Assembly (NCBI GenBank): GCA_045538055.1
Contig: JAZSQQ010000077.1
Span: forward strand, 20,365 to 84,364
Direction: 5' to 3'
DNA from: Acutalibacteraceae bacterium
Lineage (GTDB): Bacteria > Bacillota > Clostridia > Oscillospirales > Acutalibacteraceae
DNA length: 64,000 nucleotides
Shown here one piece after another: positions 1 through 10,061 of this stretch. The notes beneath the pieces were generated by a model, which was not told the DNA's origin, searched no databases, and saw nothing but the letters and a program-made list of their open reading frames with translations. Within the stretch, counting starts at the first letter, position 1. The number at the start of each line of letters is the position of its first letter. The position numbers were made by a program, and so were the translations under genes.

Positions 1-3000
1 GATATGGTAGCGTTACCTACTCTCTTTCCGCTGACAACGCCATTATCGTTGACAGAGGCAACTCTTGTATCACTCGATTCCCAATAAATTACTTTTAATC
101 CATTAGGTATTTTTTGTGAAAGATTTAAAGATTTGTCCATTGTGATATGATAAAGAGGTTTTATTTTTAAAGCTCTCTTATAAGTGGCACTGTTTCCTGA
201 AGAATCAGTCACTTCAATTACGAAGTTGTAGTTTCCCTCTTTTTCGGGTTTGAACATGAAAGTATTTTCTGTTGAATCTGTTTTGGAATAAACAGGCTCA
301 CCGTTATACGACACATAGTATGACCAGCTATACGGCATTGTTCCACCAGTTGTAGTAACTGTGAAAACTATGTTTTTTCCGGTTTTTAGTTCACCTGATG
401 TTGAAACATCTGATATTTCAATATCAGTTTTTGTGAATCTTGCTTCAAGTGTTCGATTTCGATTAACAGCTAACTCACATTTTTGTGGTAAACCTGCAAT
501 AAGCACACCATCTTCATACCAACCTTCAAATTGATAACCGGGTGAAGGAATTGCACTTATTGAGGCATATGAATCGTTAGCGTATACCCCCGAACCCGAA
601 ACACTTCCGCCGACTTCGCCCATAAGAGTGACTGAATAGTCAGGAAAGATCGTTATGACTTCATCATTATTACCATAGTCCGATTCTGTAGAATCGGATA
701 AAATAGATAAATAATATATCCCGGATTCCTCTGAGTTTAAATCATCTTCGCTTATGGTGAAATCATACTCTACCGTTGACCCCGAATCAATAGATGGTAC
801 ATCAAAACTTTCAATCAGTTCTCCATTTACACTTTTTTTGAATAGTTGAATTTTTGTAGAAGTACTTGTTTCAAATCCTTCGTTATAAATAGAAACAACT
901 ATACTTCTTCCGCTTTCTATTCGTTTTTCTTTAATATCGCTAATAACAAGATCGGCATAACCTAACGAGAATATGGTTTCATTGTCGGAGAGGGAAACAT
1001 CATCACCATCCATTGGCAAAATCTGAATTCTATAATCTTCTCGACATATTTTATCTGGCATCATAAACGGAATTTCTAAATCCACATATTCTCCCGAAGA
1101 TATATCTTGTTCAAAAGAGAATGTATTTATTATATCATCATTGTTATCAAATATATTTATTTCGAGTTGACTGATATTTTTAGAACCACCATTGTAAACA
1201 CCTGCTATCAAATATATTTCTTCACCAGCAACAATTGCATCATCGCACGAAGCAATGGGTTCAACGGCAATGTTATAAAACTCATTTATGGGTTTTTGAA
1301 CAAGACTTAACGTACCGTAAGGCACCCCGTTATTTCTATCTTCTAAATAATCAGCATAACAATATGAAAATTCAATTTGTCCATTAGGCAATATACAAAC
1401 ATCCCAACCACGAACAACACCATCGTTGAATTCTAACGGTTTAACTCTGTCAAACGATAGCGTTTCCAAATTGTAGTTAGAGCCGTAGAATGTCATTCCA
1501 TTTTCATCTTCATATTCCCATATGATCGCTTTTTTACCATGGTTATTACCTATAACTTTGATTTCAGATACGCTCATGCTCAAATTTTCAATTACTGTTT
1601 CCATGGTTGAGACATCTCCATTGGTGGTACAAATGATGGAATCGTCTTTAACCCAGTATAACTCTTCATTGTAGAAACAAGGTGATATATCTGGTGTATT
1701 ATCATTAGTAAGTTGTGTTGTTTGTATACCATCAGTATAATACACCTCAAGGTCATTAATTGATGATGAGTACATACTACTTTGGGCAACATACGCAACT
1801 ACACTTTTGCTATTAACATAGGAAGTGTCAAGATTGGTGATTACGGACAAGTTAGACGATATTGTTTCTTGATTCTGCCAATTTCCAGATATTAGCTGTT
1901 TCCTTAATATGGTATTTGTTCCGCTCAAACCATAAATATCATTTTCACTGTTTTGTTGCCAAACAATTGAAACATCTGAACCTGATGAAACAATTTTATG
2001 TTTCATTTCCAAATCTTGATTGTTACTGGTGATAGGTGCTAGTTTTTCGAATGCATTGCCGTTCCAATGAATATAAAACAAATCTATTTGGGATGCCATT
2101 TCTTCTATAGTTACATCGTTTTCAAATTCAGTGGTTGCATTTTGCCACAAAATATGCACACCACCATTATTATCGCTACATAATATTGGTTCAAAATCGG
2201 CAGTACTATCATTAGAAATTGGCTTAGGTTCGCTCCACGCATCGTTACTGAAAACTGAATACATAAGAATAGGGCAATTTGCGCTTGTTCTATCAGATGC
2301 GGCTTCAATGTAAGTCATAAACATATCGCCATTTTCAAGACTTATAATTTGAGGTTTTGTATATACTTGAACATTTTCTTTAAAAACATCTGGTGAATTA
2401 TAACTTACAATACTCGCTTGAGAACTCGGCTCAATTAGTTTCAAACGATTCTTATCTATTGATAATAGTTCCGTAGACGCAGTTCTTGGATAAATCTGCA
2501 ACTCTTTAAAATCCCATTCATCGTAATTTTCAAAATTAAGAGCATAATATTCTAAATAAAAATAGGCATTTAATTTAGCTGAAAACGAATTCTCAAAAGT
2601 ATCAAAAGGAAAATTAACCGAGCAAGCAAGTTTTCCACCTGCACCAACATATGCATTAGCGACAATCACATTAAAACCAACACCCGCACTTATTTTCAAG
2701 TCTAATCCCATATGACCGCCGAAATCCACAGTATCAGGTTTCCTATAAACAAGTTTAAAACCAGTTTCCAAGTCACCTTCAAATCTTAATTTTAAACATA
2801 CCGTAGGTGCTAACGGGTATTGTATGCTTTTTTCTAATTCTCCAATAATTCCAACTTCTCCATTTGTTAATATCGGTTCCCCATTTTCAAAAGAAAATGA
2901 CATATATCCAACAACACTAATTGATGTATCAAAACCGATTTTTACTCCTTTGTCTAAAAGACAACCTTTTACAGAATTATATTTTCTTGTGAAGGTTTGT

Positions 3001-5207
3001 GGGTTTTTATTTATTGAAGAGACCATCATTTTAATTTCTTCAAATGCTTTTTTGTGTTTTTCTCCTTCTAATTTTTCACGAGTACCATAGTGTTTTTCAG
3101 AGTATTTAAAAGCATCTAATCCTATGATTACATTAAGTTCGTCGTCTTGAGGATCATATGAAGCCTCAACAATTATTTTATCATCTGGCCATGAAAAGCT
3201 TGCATCAAATTCAAACAAATCAACCTTTTTGCCAAGTACTTCTATTGTAGGACCATGGATTGTTTCAGTATCTGAAGAACCACCGTTAAAGTTAAAGTTA
3301 TCGGTGTCAATCATAATACTTTGATCCAATTCACAGACACCTGTATCTCTACCGGAAAAACCATCTTTGTCGATGCTTATTACGCTGTTACCTTCGCCAA
3401 CTGTGACGGTAGCAAATTGGTCAAATGCCCAATTCCCCGGCATTGGGAAGCCAAGATTACCGCTAAAACCTGAAGATAAATTACTTACAAAACTGCTACA
3501 AGCGTAACCTTTATCAGAAACACGGGTACAGACATTTCTTACACCGTAGACACCAGTTTTATAAATGCTTTTCTCCATCGTTTCGTGTACTTTAGCAAAA
3601 TAGGGGAGAACATTATTTGTTATATCGACATCAAGTGCATCAAAGTCAACAGCAAAATAAATAATAGTTCCGTTAGGTACACCGAGCTTGCGAGCTGCTT
3701 CTATCGCCGCATTTGCATCAGCTGTACCTTGTTCCGCAGTAAAATATTCTTTTTTAGTTCCGACGGTTTGATAGATAGGAAAGAAATTTAAACCGGCATC
3801 AAGAATTATTTGAGCTTCTTCAATGGTAATATCTTTATCAAGACCACCGGGAACCTTAGTTAAATAACGACCTACATACCTGTATCCGTTATCGTACAGT
3901 GTTTTTGCTTTATCAGCTGTAAGTTTTGTTGCACAGTCGCAAGCTAATGCCGAGCGACTTTTGTCACCGTAACTTACAAATAAAGATAACCAAGTTGTAA
4001 GATCTACTTTTCCGGTAACCGGTAAGGCGAATTTTTTCTGAAATTCTGTGACATTCTGTTGTGTTTTAGCGTCAAAAATACCGTTAATAGTTCCGTCGCC
4101 AACACCATTAACATACATGCCAAACTGTAACAGTTCAATGAAATCGGATATTTGAGAATCTGAATAATATGAACCCGAATAATTTTTAACCGCAGATGAA
4201 GTTCTATTATAAGGAATATTCGGACAACTTGCTTGTGTTTTAGAACCAAAAGTGCCGGTAGCAACACTGACAGGCATACCTTCAATTGCCTGTAGAACAT
4301 AAATTGTCGCTTTGTTTGTGCTCCTGCCATAAACACCGTCGCACGGCATTAGTCCGATATATTCTTCAAATTCTCTGTTGAATTTCTGTTGCATTTCTCT
4401 GACAACTTCTTTACCACCGTAAGAGGACAGAAGCTTGAATGCATCCATAGATAACAGAGCCTTCATTGTGTTGACAGTTACCACTCCGTCAGGGTCAATT
4501 AAACCAGCATCAGTTTTCATTTCGATGACAGCTTTTTCCACAGCTTCATCAAAAACAGCATCAACCGTTACTGTTTCGGTAATTGAATTATAATTGAAAT
4601 TGTATCCAGGGGAATATCCCTTACACCACAATGCACCCTGCAAGATAGCATACATATTATCTTTAACACCATCTTGTCTTGAAAGAATATTCTCTTTATA
4701 TTTCGCCTGAGTTTGCGATCCGAAATTATCCGCTAGGCTTGTTATACCAAGCTCGTGTTGCAAGGCACGGGTTAAACCATAAATTGTATTCCATCCTGTT
4801 TTTCCGTTTTCTGTAACAGAACCAAAACCAGGAACATCTCCATATTCCTGATTTAACCATTTTTGAGTGAGATATACCATATCGTCACCAGGCAAATCTA
4901 CACCAAGTGGTACAGGGTCGTTTGCGACAGCTTGTGCATAAAGTTCGCTAAAATAGTCATAGTCTGATTGAATGTTTCCAAGTTCATCCCAATTGACATC
5001 ACTAGTTCCATCAGAAAATTCATCTCCCTCATCAAGAACTATTTGAGCATTGCTGAGTGCTTCTGCAATCTGCTCGTTGGTTATTGGTGAGGTATCTTTT
5101 TGCATAGAGGTAGCAAATACAGGCATGTTTGCCGTGTCTAAAAATATTATAATTAAACACAACAAAAATGCAAGTGACCTCATAAGATATTTCTTTGTCT
5201 TTGTCAT
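1..5207 (-). CDS. Giant secreted cell-wall-associated protein, truncated at its 3' end by the window edge (>1735 aa). Signal peptide, peptidoglycan-binding (PG_binding_1-like) repeats, DUF1906/Rv2525c-like glycoside-hydrolase-like domain, then a long beta-rich region ending in a Big_2-like Ig domain
   Basis: Absent from the ORF track because no stop codon lies in the window. ATG at 5207 (cat at 5205-5207) is preceded by an AAAGGAAG RBS. My translation starts MTKTKKYLMRSLAFLLCLIIIFLDTANMPVFATS. I translated it open from 5207 to about 2580 and again at bases 3-110, and all listed minus-strand ORFs in 1-5226 are in other frames. Motifs: GVGDGTINGIFDAKTQQNVTEFQKKFALPVTGKVD (PG-binding), NGYRYVGRYLTKVPGG...IIYFAVDFD (DUF1906), and at bases 3-110 KVIYWESSDTRVASVNDNGVVSGKRVGNATI (Big_2-like). 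Confidence 0.75.
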   Translation of the reverse strand, partial: MTKTKKYLMRSLAFLLCLIIIFLDTANMPVFATSMQKDTSPITNEQIAEALSNAQIVLDEGDEFSDGTSDVNWDELGNIQSDYDYFSELYAQAVANDPVPLGVDLPGDDMVYLTQKWLNQEYGDVPGFGSVTENGKTGWNTIYGLTRALQHELGITSLADNFGSQTQAKYKENILSRQDGVKDNMYAILQGALWCKGYSPGYNFNYNSITETVTVDAVFDEAVEKAVIEMKTDAGLIDPDGVVTVNTMKALLSMDAFKLLSSYGGKEVVREMQQKFNREFEEYIGLMPCDGVYGRSTNKATIYVLQAIEGMPVSVATGTFGSKTQASCPNIPYNRTSSAVKNYSGSYYSDSQISDFIELLQFGMYVNGVGDGTINGIFDAKTQQNVTEFQKKFALPVTGKVDLTTWLSLFVSYGDKSRSALACDCATKLTADKAKTLYDNGYRYVGRYLTKVPGGLDKDITIEEAQIILDAGLNFFPIYQTVGTKKEYFTAEQGTADANAAIEAARKLGVPNGTIIYFAVDFDALDVDITNNVLPYFAKVHETMEKSIYKTGVYGVRNVCTRVSDKGYACSSFVSNLSSGFSGNLGFPMPGNWAFDQFATVTVGEGNSVISIDKDGFSGRDTGVCELDQSIMIDTDNFNFNGGSSDTETIHGPTIEVLGKKVDLFEFDASFSWPDDKIIVEASYDPQDDELNVIIGLDAFKYSEKHYGTREKLEGEKHKKAFEEIKMMVSSINKNPQTFTRKYNSVKGCLLDKGVKIGFDTSISVVGYMSFSFENGEPILTNGEVGIIGELEKSIQYPLAPTVCLKLRFEGDLETGFKLVYRKPDTVDFGGHMGLDLKISAGVGFNVIVANAYVGAGGKLACSVNFPFDTFENSFSAKLNAYFYLEYYALNFENYDEWDFKELQIYPRTASTELLSIDKNRLKLIEPSSQASIVSYNSPDVFKENVQVYTKPQIISLENGDMFMTYIEAASDRTSANCPILMYSVFSNDAWSEPKPISNDSTADFEPILCSDNNGGVHILWQNATTEFENDVTIEEMASQIDLFYIHWNGNAFEKLAPITSNNQDLEMKHKIVSSGSDVSIVWQQNSENDIYGLSGTNTILRKQLISGNWQNQETISSNLSVITNLDTSYVNSKSVVAYVAQSSMYSSSINDLEVYYTDGIQTTQLTNDNTPDISPCFYNEELYWVKDDSIICTTNGDVSTMETVIENLSMSVSEIKVIGNNHGKKAIIWEYEDENGMTFYGSNYNLETLSFDRVKPLEFNDGVVRGWDVCILPNGQIEFSYCYADYLEDRNNGVPYGTLSLVQKPINEFYNIAVEPIASCDDAIVAGEEIYLIAGVYNGGSKNISQLEINIFDNNDDIINTFSFEQDISSGEYVDLEIPFMMPDKICREDYRIQILPMDGDDVSLSDNETIFSLGYADLVISDIKEKRIESGRSIVVSIYNEGFETSTSTKIQLFKKSVNGELIESFDVPSIDSGSTVEYDFTISEDDLNSEESGIYYLSILSDSTESDYGNNDEVITIFPDYSVTLMGEVGGSVSGSGVYANDSYASISAIPSPGYQFEGWYEDGVLIAGLPQKCELAVNRNRTLEARFTKTDIEISDVSTSGELKTGKNIVFTVTTTGGTMPYSWSYYVSYNGEPVYSKTDSTENTFMFKPEKEGNYNFVIEVTDSSGNSATYKRALKIKPLYHITMDKSLNLSQKIPNGLKVIYWESSDTRVASVNDNGVVSGKRVGNATI

Positions 5208-5830
5208 AGTTTCTACTTCCTTTCATTATTTTTGAGGAGTCTAGCTCCTTTTGCCCAAATTTTTATTTAATAATGAATGGTTAATAATCGTAGTAATACT
5301 AATCGGGGAGAAAATCTGTTTGGGTATTGAAGAAAAATTTTATGGTAATGATTTATTAAGTTGTATTTAATTTTTATCCAAACCCTCTATGTATAAATGA
5401 CTGAATAGTTATTTTGTCACACAAAAAGTTTATAATACTTTAATTTTCTGCTTTTTTTACAATGCGAAACAATATAATTTGTGCAATGTTACGATTTGAG
5501 AATAAAAAAGAATTGGAAAGAATATTTCTGATAATGATGTTTTTAAGCGCTAATAACTTTATTTCCCTCTTTTGTTGACATAGCTGTCTCAATATTTTTA
5601 CTATAGCTACCTTTATTTCTTTGTAATATTGCTATTTTTCTATATTTCGGTGTAAAAAGCATAGCATTGACATCTCTTACTTGTATGCTCTAAACTATTT
5701 ATGTTTTTTCTTTTGCGTAAAGTTTTCCTTGATGTTTTAGTTGTGTGGTCGACAATCCACCTCTACTATATCAAGGAGTTTTTTGATCCCCCCTGTAGAA
5801 CAGAGGGTGATTTTGCTACAAACAAATAAA

Positions 5831-5862
5831 AACTGACCTGCTTAAAGTAGGTCAGTTTTTTG
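5831..5862. terminator. Hairpin terminator downstream of the ROK gene, possibly bidirectional
   Basis: CTGACCT-N9-AGGTCAG stem with an A-run on the left and a T-run on the right, about 30 nt beyond the minus-strand stop at 5894. Confidence 0.5.
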
Positions 5863-5893
5863 TAGAATTATATTATTGATTTCTATAATTATG

Positions 5894-7297
5894 TTACCAT
5901 TTAATATAATAACTATTACTTGTATCTGAACGGATATTATAATATGCCATTATTGAGGCTCCAATAGCAACTGCATCTGCTTTGCAACTGCCATCAAGAA
6001 TATGACAGTATTTTATAGATGCTGTGAGAGAGTATTTTGACAACAATCCCTCCATATCTTTTTTTAGACGAGGTATGCCATTTAGCAATCTTCCAGAAAA
6101 AACAATTAAATCTACATTTAGAGTATTAGAAATAAAGCAAAGCATTTGTGCTATTAGGTGTTTGAGAACTTTATATCGATATGGATGTTTTTGGTCAAAA
6201 TCTTTTAGCAAAGAGCTTTGAGTTTTTCTTGAAAAATCATCAATATTGTTTGAATTAAAAACCTTAACTCTAATCAATCTTTCTAAGCAACTGTTGTTTC
6301 CGCACGCACAATCTCCTTCTTCAAGTTTTATACTGTTTTCTTGATGTTCATTGCCTTCTGCGTCCACCCATTCGTATTTTTGTTTATCTCTAGCCTCGCG
6401 ACTTTTTGATTCTGGACTTAAATTTTTATCAATTTTAATTTCATTATATGATATTGGGATATGTCCAAGTTCACCTACAGCTCCAGATGCCCCAAGCATA
6501 AGACTGTTGTTAAAAATAAATCCACAACCTAAACCATACCCCATATATATAGAAGCAAGATTAGGCTTGTCTTTATTAACACGTTCTGCATTTATTTCTT
6601 TATATAACCATTCTTTTTCAAAAACAGTTGCTGCGACAGTATCGTGACATAAGTGATAAGATATTCCAGATCTAGATATTCTGTCTCTAAGATCGCTTCT
6701 CAATAATTTTTCTGTGGGCATTGCAACGAATTTTGGAATATTGGGACAAAAAGAAATCTCATTATTGTTTTTATCTATGATTCCAGGAAGAGAAACGCCA
6801 ATTGCGACTAAATGACGATTCGGGTCCTTGTCAAACAGATCTAAAGCCGTTTCTATGATAATAGAACAGATGTCGTGAACTTCAACATTGTCACATACGG
6901 ATTTAAAACACAATATATCTTCTGATAAACTTTTTCCTAGAACTGATTCAAGGTTTTCTTTAAAAGATTGGAATAGATCTGAATCATCAGAGTTTCTGTC
7001 AACTGGCTCAAAATCAAATTGAGTTATGACCGTTTTACATTCTGTTGCTCCGACAGCAACCCCTAAAAAGTAGGCGAATGAACCGTTTGGGAAAAAACGT
7101 TGCAGCCTTGAATCTTTGTGGTCTAGTAAAATATTCCTATGTATCAAATCATCTATTGTAGATTTGACGGTAGGCCATGAGTAAACAACTTTATCAGAGA
7201 TTGATTTGTAGTCAGTTGAGTCGATATGTCTAAGTGTATCTATGATATAGCGATGATCTTTTATGAGTTGAATTGTTTCAGAGCTTCCTAATCCCAT
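5894..7297 (-). CDS. ROK-family transcriptional regulator (NagC/XylR-like) with an atypical insertion in the zinc motif
   Basis: 467-aa ORF. N-terminal winged-helix-like region, sugar-kinase-fold motifs, GAVGELGH and CACGNNSCLE (ROK signature CxCGxxGCxE, here with Ser in place of the second Gly). Confidence 0.75.
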   Translation of the reverse strand: MGLGSSETIQLIKDHRYIIDTLRHIDSTDYKSISDKVVYSWPTVKSTIDDLIHRNILLDHKDSRLQRFFPNGSFAYFLGVAVGATECKTVITQFDFEPVDRNSDDSDLFQSFKENLESVLGKSLSEDILCFKSVCDNVEVHDICSIIIETALDLFDKDPNRHLVAIGVSLPGIIDKNNNEISFCPNIPKFVAMPTEKLLRSDLRDRISRSGISYHLCHDTVAATVFEKEWLYKEINAERVNKDKPNLASIYMGYGLGCGFIFNNSLMLGASGAVGELGHIPISYNEIKIDKNLSPESKSREARDKQKYEWVDAEGNEHQENSIKLEEGDCACGNNSCLERLIRVKVFNSNNIDDFSRKTQSSLLKDFDQKHPYRYKVLKHLIAQMLCFISNTLNVDLIVFSGRLLNGIPRLKKDMEGLLSKYSLTASIKYCHILDGSCKADAVAIGASIMAYYNIRSDTSNSYYIKW

Positions 7298-7383
7298 ACT
7301 AATCTACCCTTCACTTAATTATAACAGAATAATTATATCAAAAAAAATATCTGTTTGTCAATGCTGTTGCATTTGCTTTTTAA

Positions 7384-7407
7384 AATTTATACGAATTCGT
7401 ATAAATT
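7384..7407. promoter_or_regulatory. Perfect 24-bp palindrome, candidate operator in the divergent ROK / small-secreted-protein intergenic region
   Basis: AATTTATACGAA|TTCGTATAAATT reads identically on both strands. A related half-site ATTACGTATAGAAT follows about 8 nt downstream. Confidence 0.5.
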
Positions 7408-7530
7408 GCACAGAATTACGTATAGAATTTTAACAACGCCGTCTCACTTTTGGCTTGAAATAGAGGTTTTGCTATGATATCCTTATTATAGAGAGTGGTA
7501 ACTCTCAAAAAAATAAGGAGCTGAGATGAG

Positions 7531-7899
7531 ATGAAGAAAAGTATCATGTTTGCACTTTTTCTTGTTGTCGTTGCGATTAATATGATGTGGTCGTTTTCGA
7601 TTGTTTCGTTTGCGATAAGTGAGAATTGCACACAAAGTGCTCAACAGCTTGATACAGGGCAGTATGTTGGTGATGTGGTTGGAAAAGTAGCTGAAACAGA
7701 CACAATTGAAGAAGACAAAAACCAAAAACCGATGGTTGTTTTTGCTGACTTTGTGTTTTGGAAGGTTATAGGAGAAGCAGTGGCGAATTCCATCAAAGAG
7801 GTATTTCAAAAAATCAAAAATTCACGATTCTTGAAAGTAGGTAAAACTAGGAATACGCACAAAAAAAAGAAAAAAAGAAAAAAAGAAAAAAAGAAGTAA
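7531..7899 (+). CDS. Small secreted protein with a poly-lysine C-terminus, function unknown
   Basis: 122-aa ORF. AAGGAG RBS 10 nt upstream. N-terminal hydrophobic signal-like segment MKKSIMFALFLVVVAINMMWSFSIVSFA. C-terminus is HKKKKKRKKEKKK, encoded by an (A7G)n tract. Confidence 0.55.
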   Translation: MKKSIMFALFLVVVAINMMWSFSIVSFAISENCTQSAQQLDTGQYVGDVVGKVAETDTIEEDKNQKPMVVFADFVFWKVIGEAVANSIKEVFQKIKNSRFLKVGKTRNTHKKKKKRKKEKKK

Positions 7900-7951
7900 A
7901 AAAGGAATTTTTAATAGGGGAAAACTAAATATGGTGATTTTACACAAGTAG

Positions 7952-7987
7952 AGGTTACGGTACATAAAAATATCGTAACCTTTTTTA
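7952..7987 (+). terminator. Rho-independent terminator after the 122-aa gene
   Basis: AGGTTACG ... CGTAACCT stem followed by TTTTTT. Confidence 0.55.
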
Positions 7988-8090
7988 TATTTAAATGGAT
8001 ATGTTTGTTTTCTATGTACATAGAGATATTTTCCAAGCAGTTCCCACAAAATGTTATTTGATAGGTTTCAAAACAGTATTAAAATAAAAA

Positions 8091-9941
8091 TTATTCAACT
8101 GAAAATTCAAGTGTACCAACTTGTCTCCACACGCTATTTCGGTAGATGAGAACTCTGATTTCATTGAAACCTTCTTTATTCATCCAAGCCTTGCCAGTAA
8201 AGATTTTGTTTCCGTTTTCGTCTGTTGCTTTTGATGCGACGGTGACGGTTGTGTTGTCAGGCATTTTGAACATTACCATTTCGGTTTTCTCATCAGCTAC
8301 AACCGTTGCCGGGACAGGGCCTTTCTTACCTGATGTTGCAGAAAGCTCCATTGAAACAATGGGGTTTGCAAGTATCATCGGGAAATTGTAGGTTTCACTC
8401 TCCCAAGTGTATCTTGAATCTGAAAGGTACTTTGCTCTTGTTCGAATTTCAACATTTGTCATCATATTCGAATAGATGCTCCATACTTCATAAGCCGCAG
8501 TACGGTCGAGTGAGTTGACCTCATTCCCGTTCGCATCGTAGCTTTTAATGGTTACATTCTTATGATTTCTGTCATAGGTTCTTGTACCGTCTGTCGGCTC
8601 AATAAACTGAATCATAGCAGGTCTGCCTTCAACTGTAACGTTAAATGTGTTTCTTGTTTCAGAAGACTTCTCATATTCAATGTTTGTAATGCTCGGTGCA
8701 ACTGTTCTGCGCTGAAGAGTTTTCGGTATAGGATAACCGTTATTTATATTACCTGTATCGACAACATGTTTTTGAAAGCCTCTTTCTTTGAGGTTTTCGT
8801 CTTTAACATAGCTGATGCCATCATCCATAATAATCTGTCCCATACCGAACGGGTCTTCACGTTTAATGGTTAAAAGGTAGTTTTCGTAATCTTCATCTAT
8901 TTTTCCGTAAAAATCTGCTGTGTCTCCCTCGTCACCCTTAAAGGCACACGAAAAAAAAGTTGAAAATGTTCCGTGACTGTTTGTTACAAATTTGCTCGGA
9001 CGCTTTGCATACACATTACCGGCATTATAACAATAATAATACCAATAATACGGGTCGTAGTTATAATTAACTTCTTTAACGGTTCCTACAAAACCCGCTG
9101 CTTCGTTTATTCCGTAAACATCTCCGGAATTTGAGCAGACTTCGACAGTTGTTGCTGATTCGATTACTCCCGCAAATCCACCGAGAGTTTTGCCATCACC
9201 GTAAACTGTTCCGGCATTTACACAATTTTCAAAATAACCTGTACCTTTTCCGACTACACCGCCGACATTGCCGTATTCGTAAGCACCTTTAAGACCAACA
9301 ACTGTTCCATTAAAAAAGCAATTGGACATTTTTCCGTCAAAACTTCCTGCAATTCCACCGGTACTACCACCACTGATTACAATTGCAGAGGAAAAGCAAT
9401 TAACAATCTTGCTTAAATGTGAACCGCTTGAAAATGAGCCGTCATAAGCCACACCACAAATCGAACCGGCACTTCTATCTCCCATAAACAATGAGTTTTT
9501 GATGTTGATGTTTTTGACAGTACCTCGTGATAATTCTCTGAACAAGCCCACATAATCATCGTCGTATTTCTGATTAACATATAATCCACTGATTGTGTGT
9601 CCCTGACCGTCAAAAGTGCCCCAACAAAAATCAACTGTATCAATCGGTTCGGGCAATACAAAACTGCCGTTATACAACGGCTTCTGATTTTCATCAATGG
9701 TAAAAATACCATCGTAAATTATGATATCGTTTGTCAAAATAACAGTCGTGTTTTCGGGTAATGAATCTATTTCCTCAAATATCAAAAATTCTTCTGAGGT
9801 AGAAATTGAATATGTTTTACCGGATAAAATCACACCTCCACATTCGGAAATTGGGATAACAGTTTCCTCTGCTGATGACATAACAGGTAAAACTGTAAAC
9901 ACCATAATTGTTGCTAAGACCAAAGCTAAAAATTTTTTCAT
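8091..9941 (-). CDS. Secreted GLUG-motif repeat protein
   Basis: 616-aa ORF with signal peptide MKKFLALVLATIMVFTVLPVMSSAEE. Repeated G-rich beta-helix-like motifs (GSICGVA, GGIAGSF, GGVVGKG, GGFAGVI, AAGFVGTV) resemble GLUG motifs. Confidence 0.6.
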   Translation of the reverse strand: MKKFLALVLATIMVFTVLPVMSSAEETVIPISECGGVILSGKTYSISTSEEFLIFEEIDSLPENTTVILTNDIIIYDGIFTIDENQKPLYNGSFVLPEPIDTVDFCWGTFDGQGHTISGLYVNQKYDDDYVGLFRELSRGTVKNINIKNSLFMGDRSAGSICGVAYDGSFSSGSHLSKIVNCFSSAIVISGGSTGGIAGSFDGKMSNCFFNGTVVGLKGAYEYGNVGGVVGKGTGYFENCVNAGTVYGDGKTLGGFAGVIESATTVEVCSNSGDVYGINEAAGFVGTVKEVNYNYDPYYWYYYCYNAGNVYAKRPSKFVTNSHGTFSTFFSCAFKGDEGDTADFYGKIDEDYENYLLTIKREDPFGMGQIIMDDGISYVKDENLKERGFQKHVVDTGNINNGYPIPKTLQRRTVAPSITNIEYEKSSETRNTFNVTVEGRPAMIQFIEPTDGTRTYDRNHKNVTIKSYDANGNEVNSLDRTAAYEVWSIYSNMMTNVEIRTRAKYLSDSRYTWESETYNFPMILANPIVSMELSATSGKKGPVPATVVADEKTEMVMFKMPDNTTVTVASKATDENGNKIFTGKAWMNKEGFNEIRVLIYRNSVWRQVGTLEFSVE

Positions 9942-10007
9942 AAGAGCACCTCCAAGTATATTTTGAGTTAATGTATTACTTTTAAAAAACTATTATTCAC
10001 CTCCCAT

Positions 10008-10045
10008 ATAATTGGATTGAAAAAGTTTCTTTTCAATCCAATTAT
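10008..10045 (-). terminator. Long intercistronic hairpin between the S8-LRR gene and the GLUG gene (attenuator or terminator)
   Basis: About 17-bp stem ATAATTGGATTGAAAAG / CTTTTCAATCCAATTAT. There is no clear U-run on the minus strand, so termination efficiency is uncertain. Confidence 0.35.
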
Positions 10046-10061
10046 ATTTCGGGTTGCATGT

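Noticed and set aside
7298-7325. CCCTTCACTTAATT resembles the core-arm junction CCCACTCACTTAAG and could have marked the left end of element A
   Set aside because: The match is only about 10 of 14 positions, it lies in the ROK 5' UTR and RBS region, and no arm homology follows.
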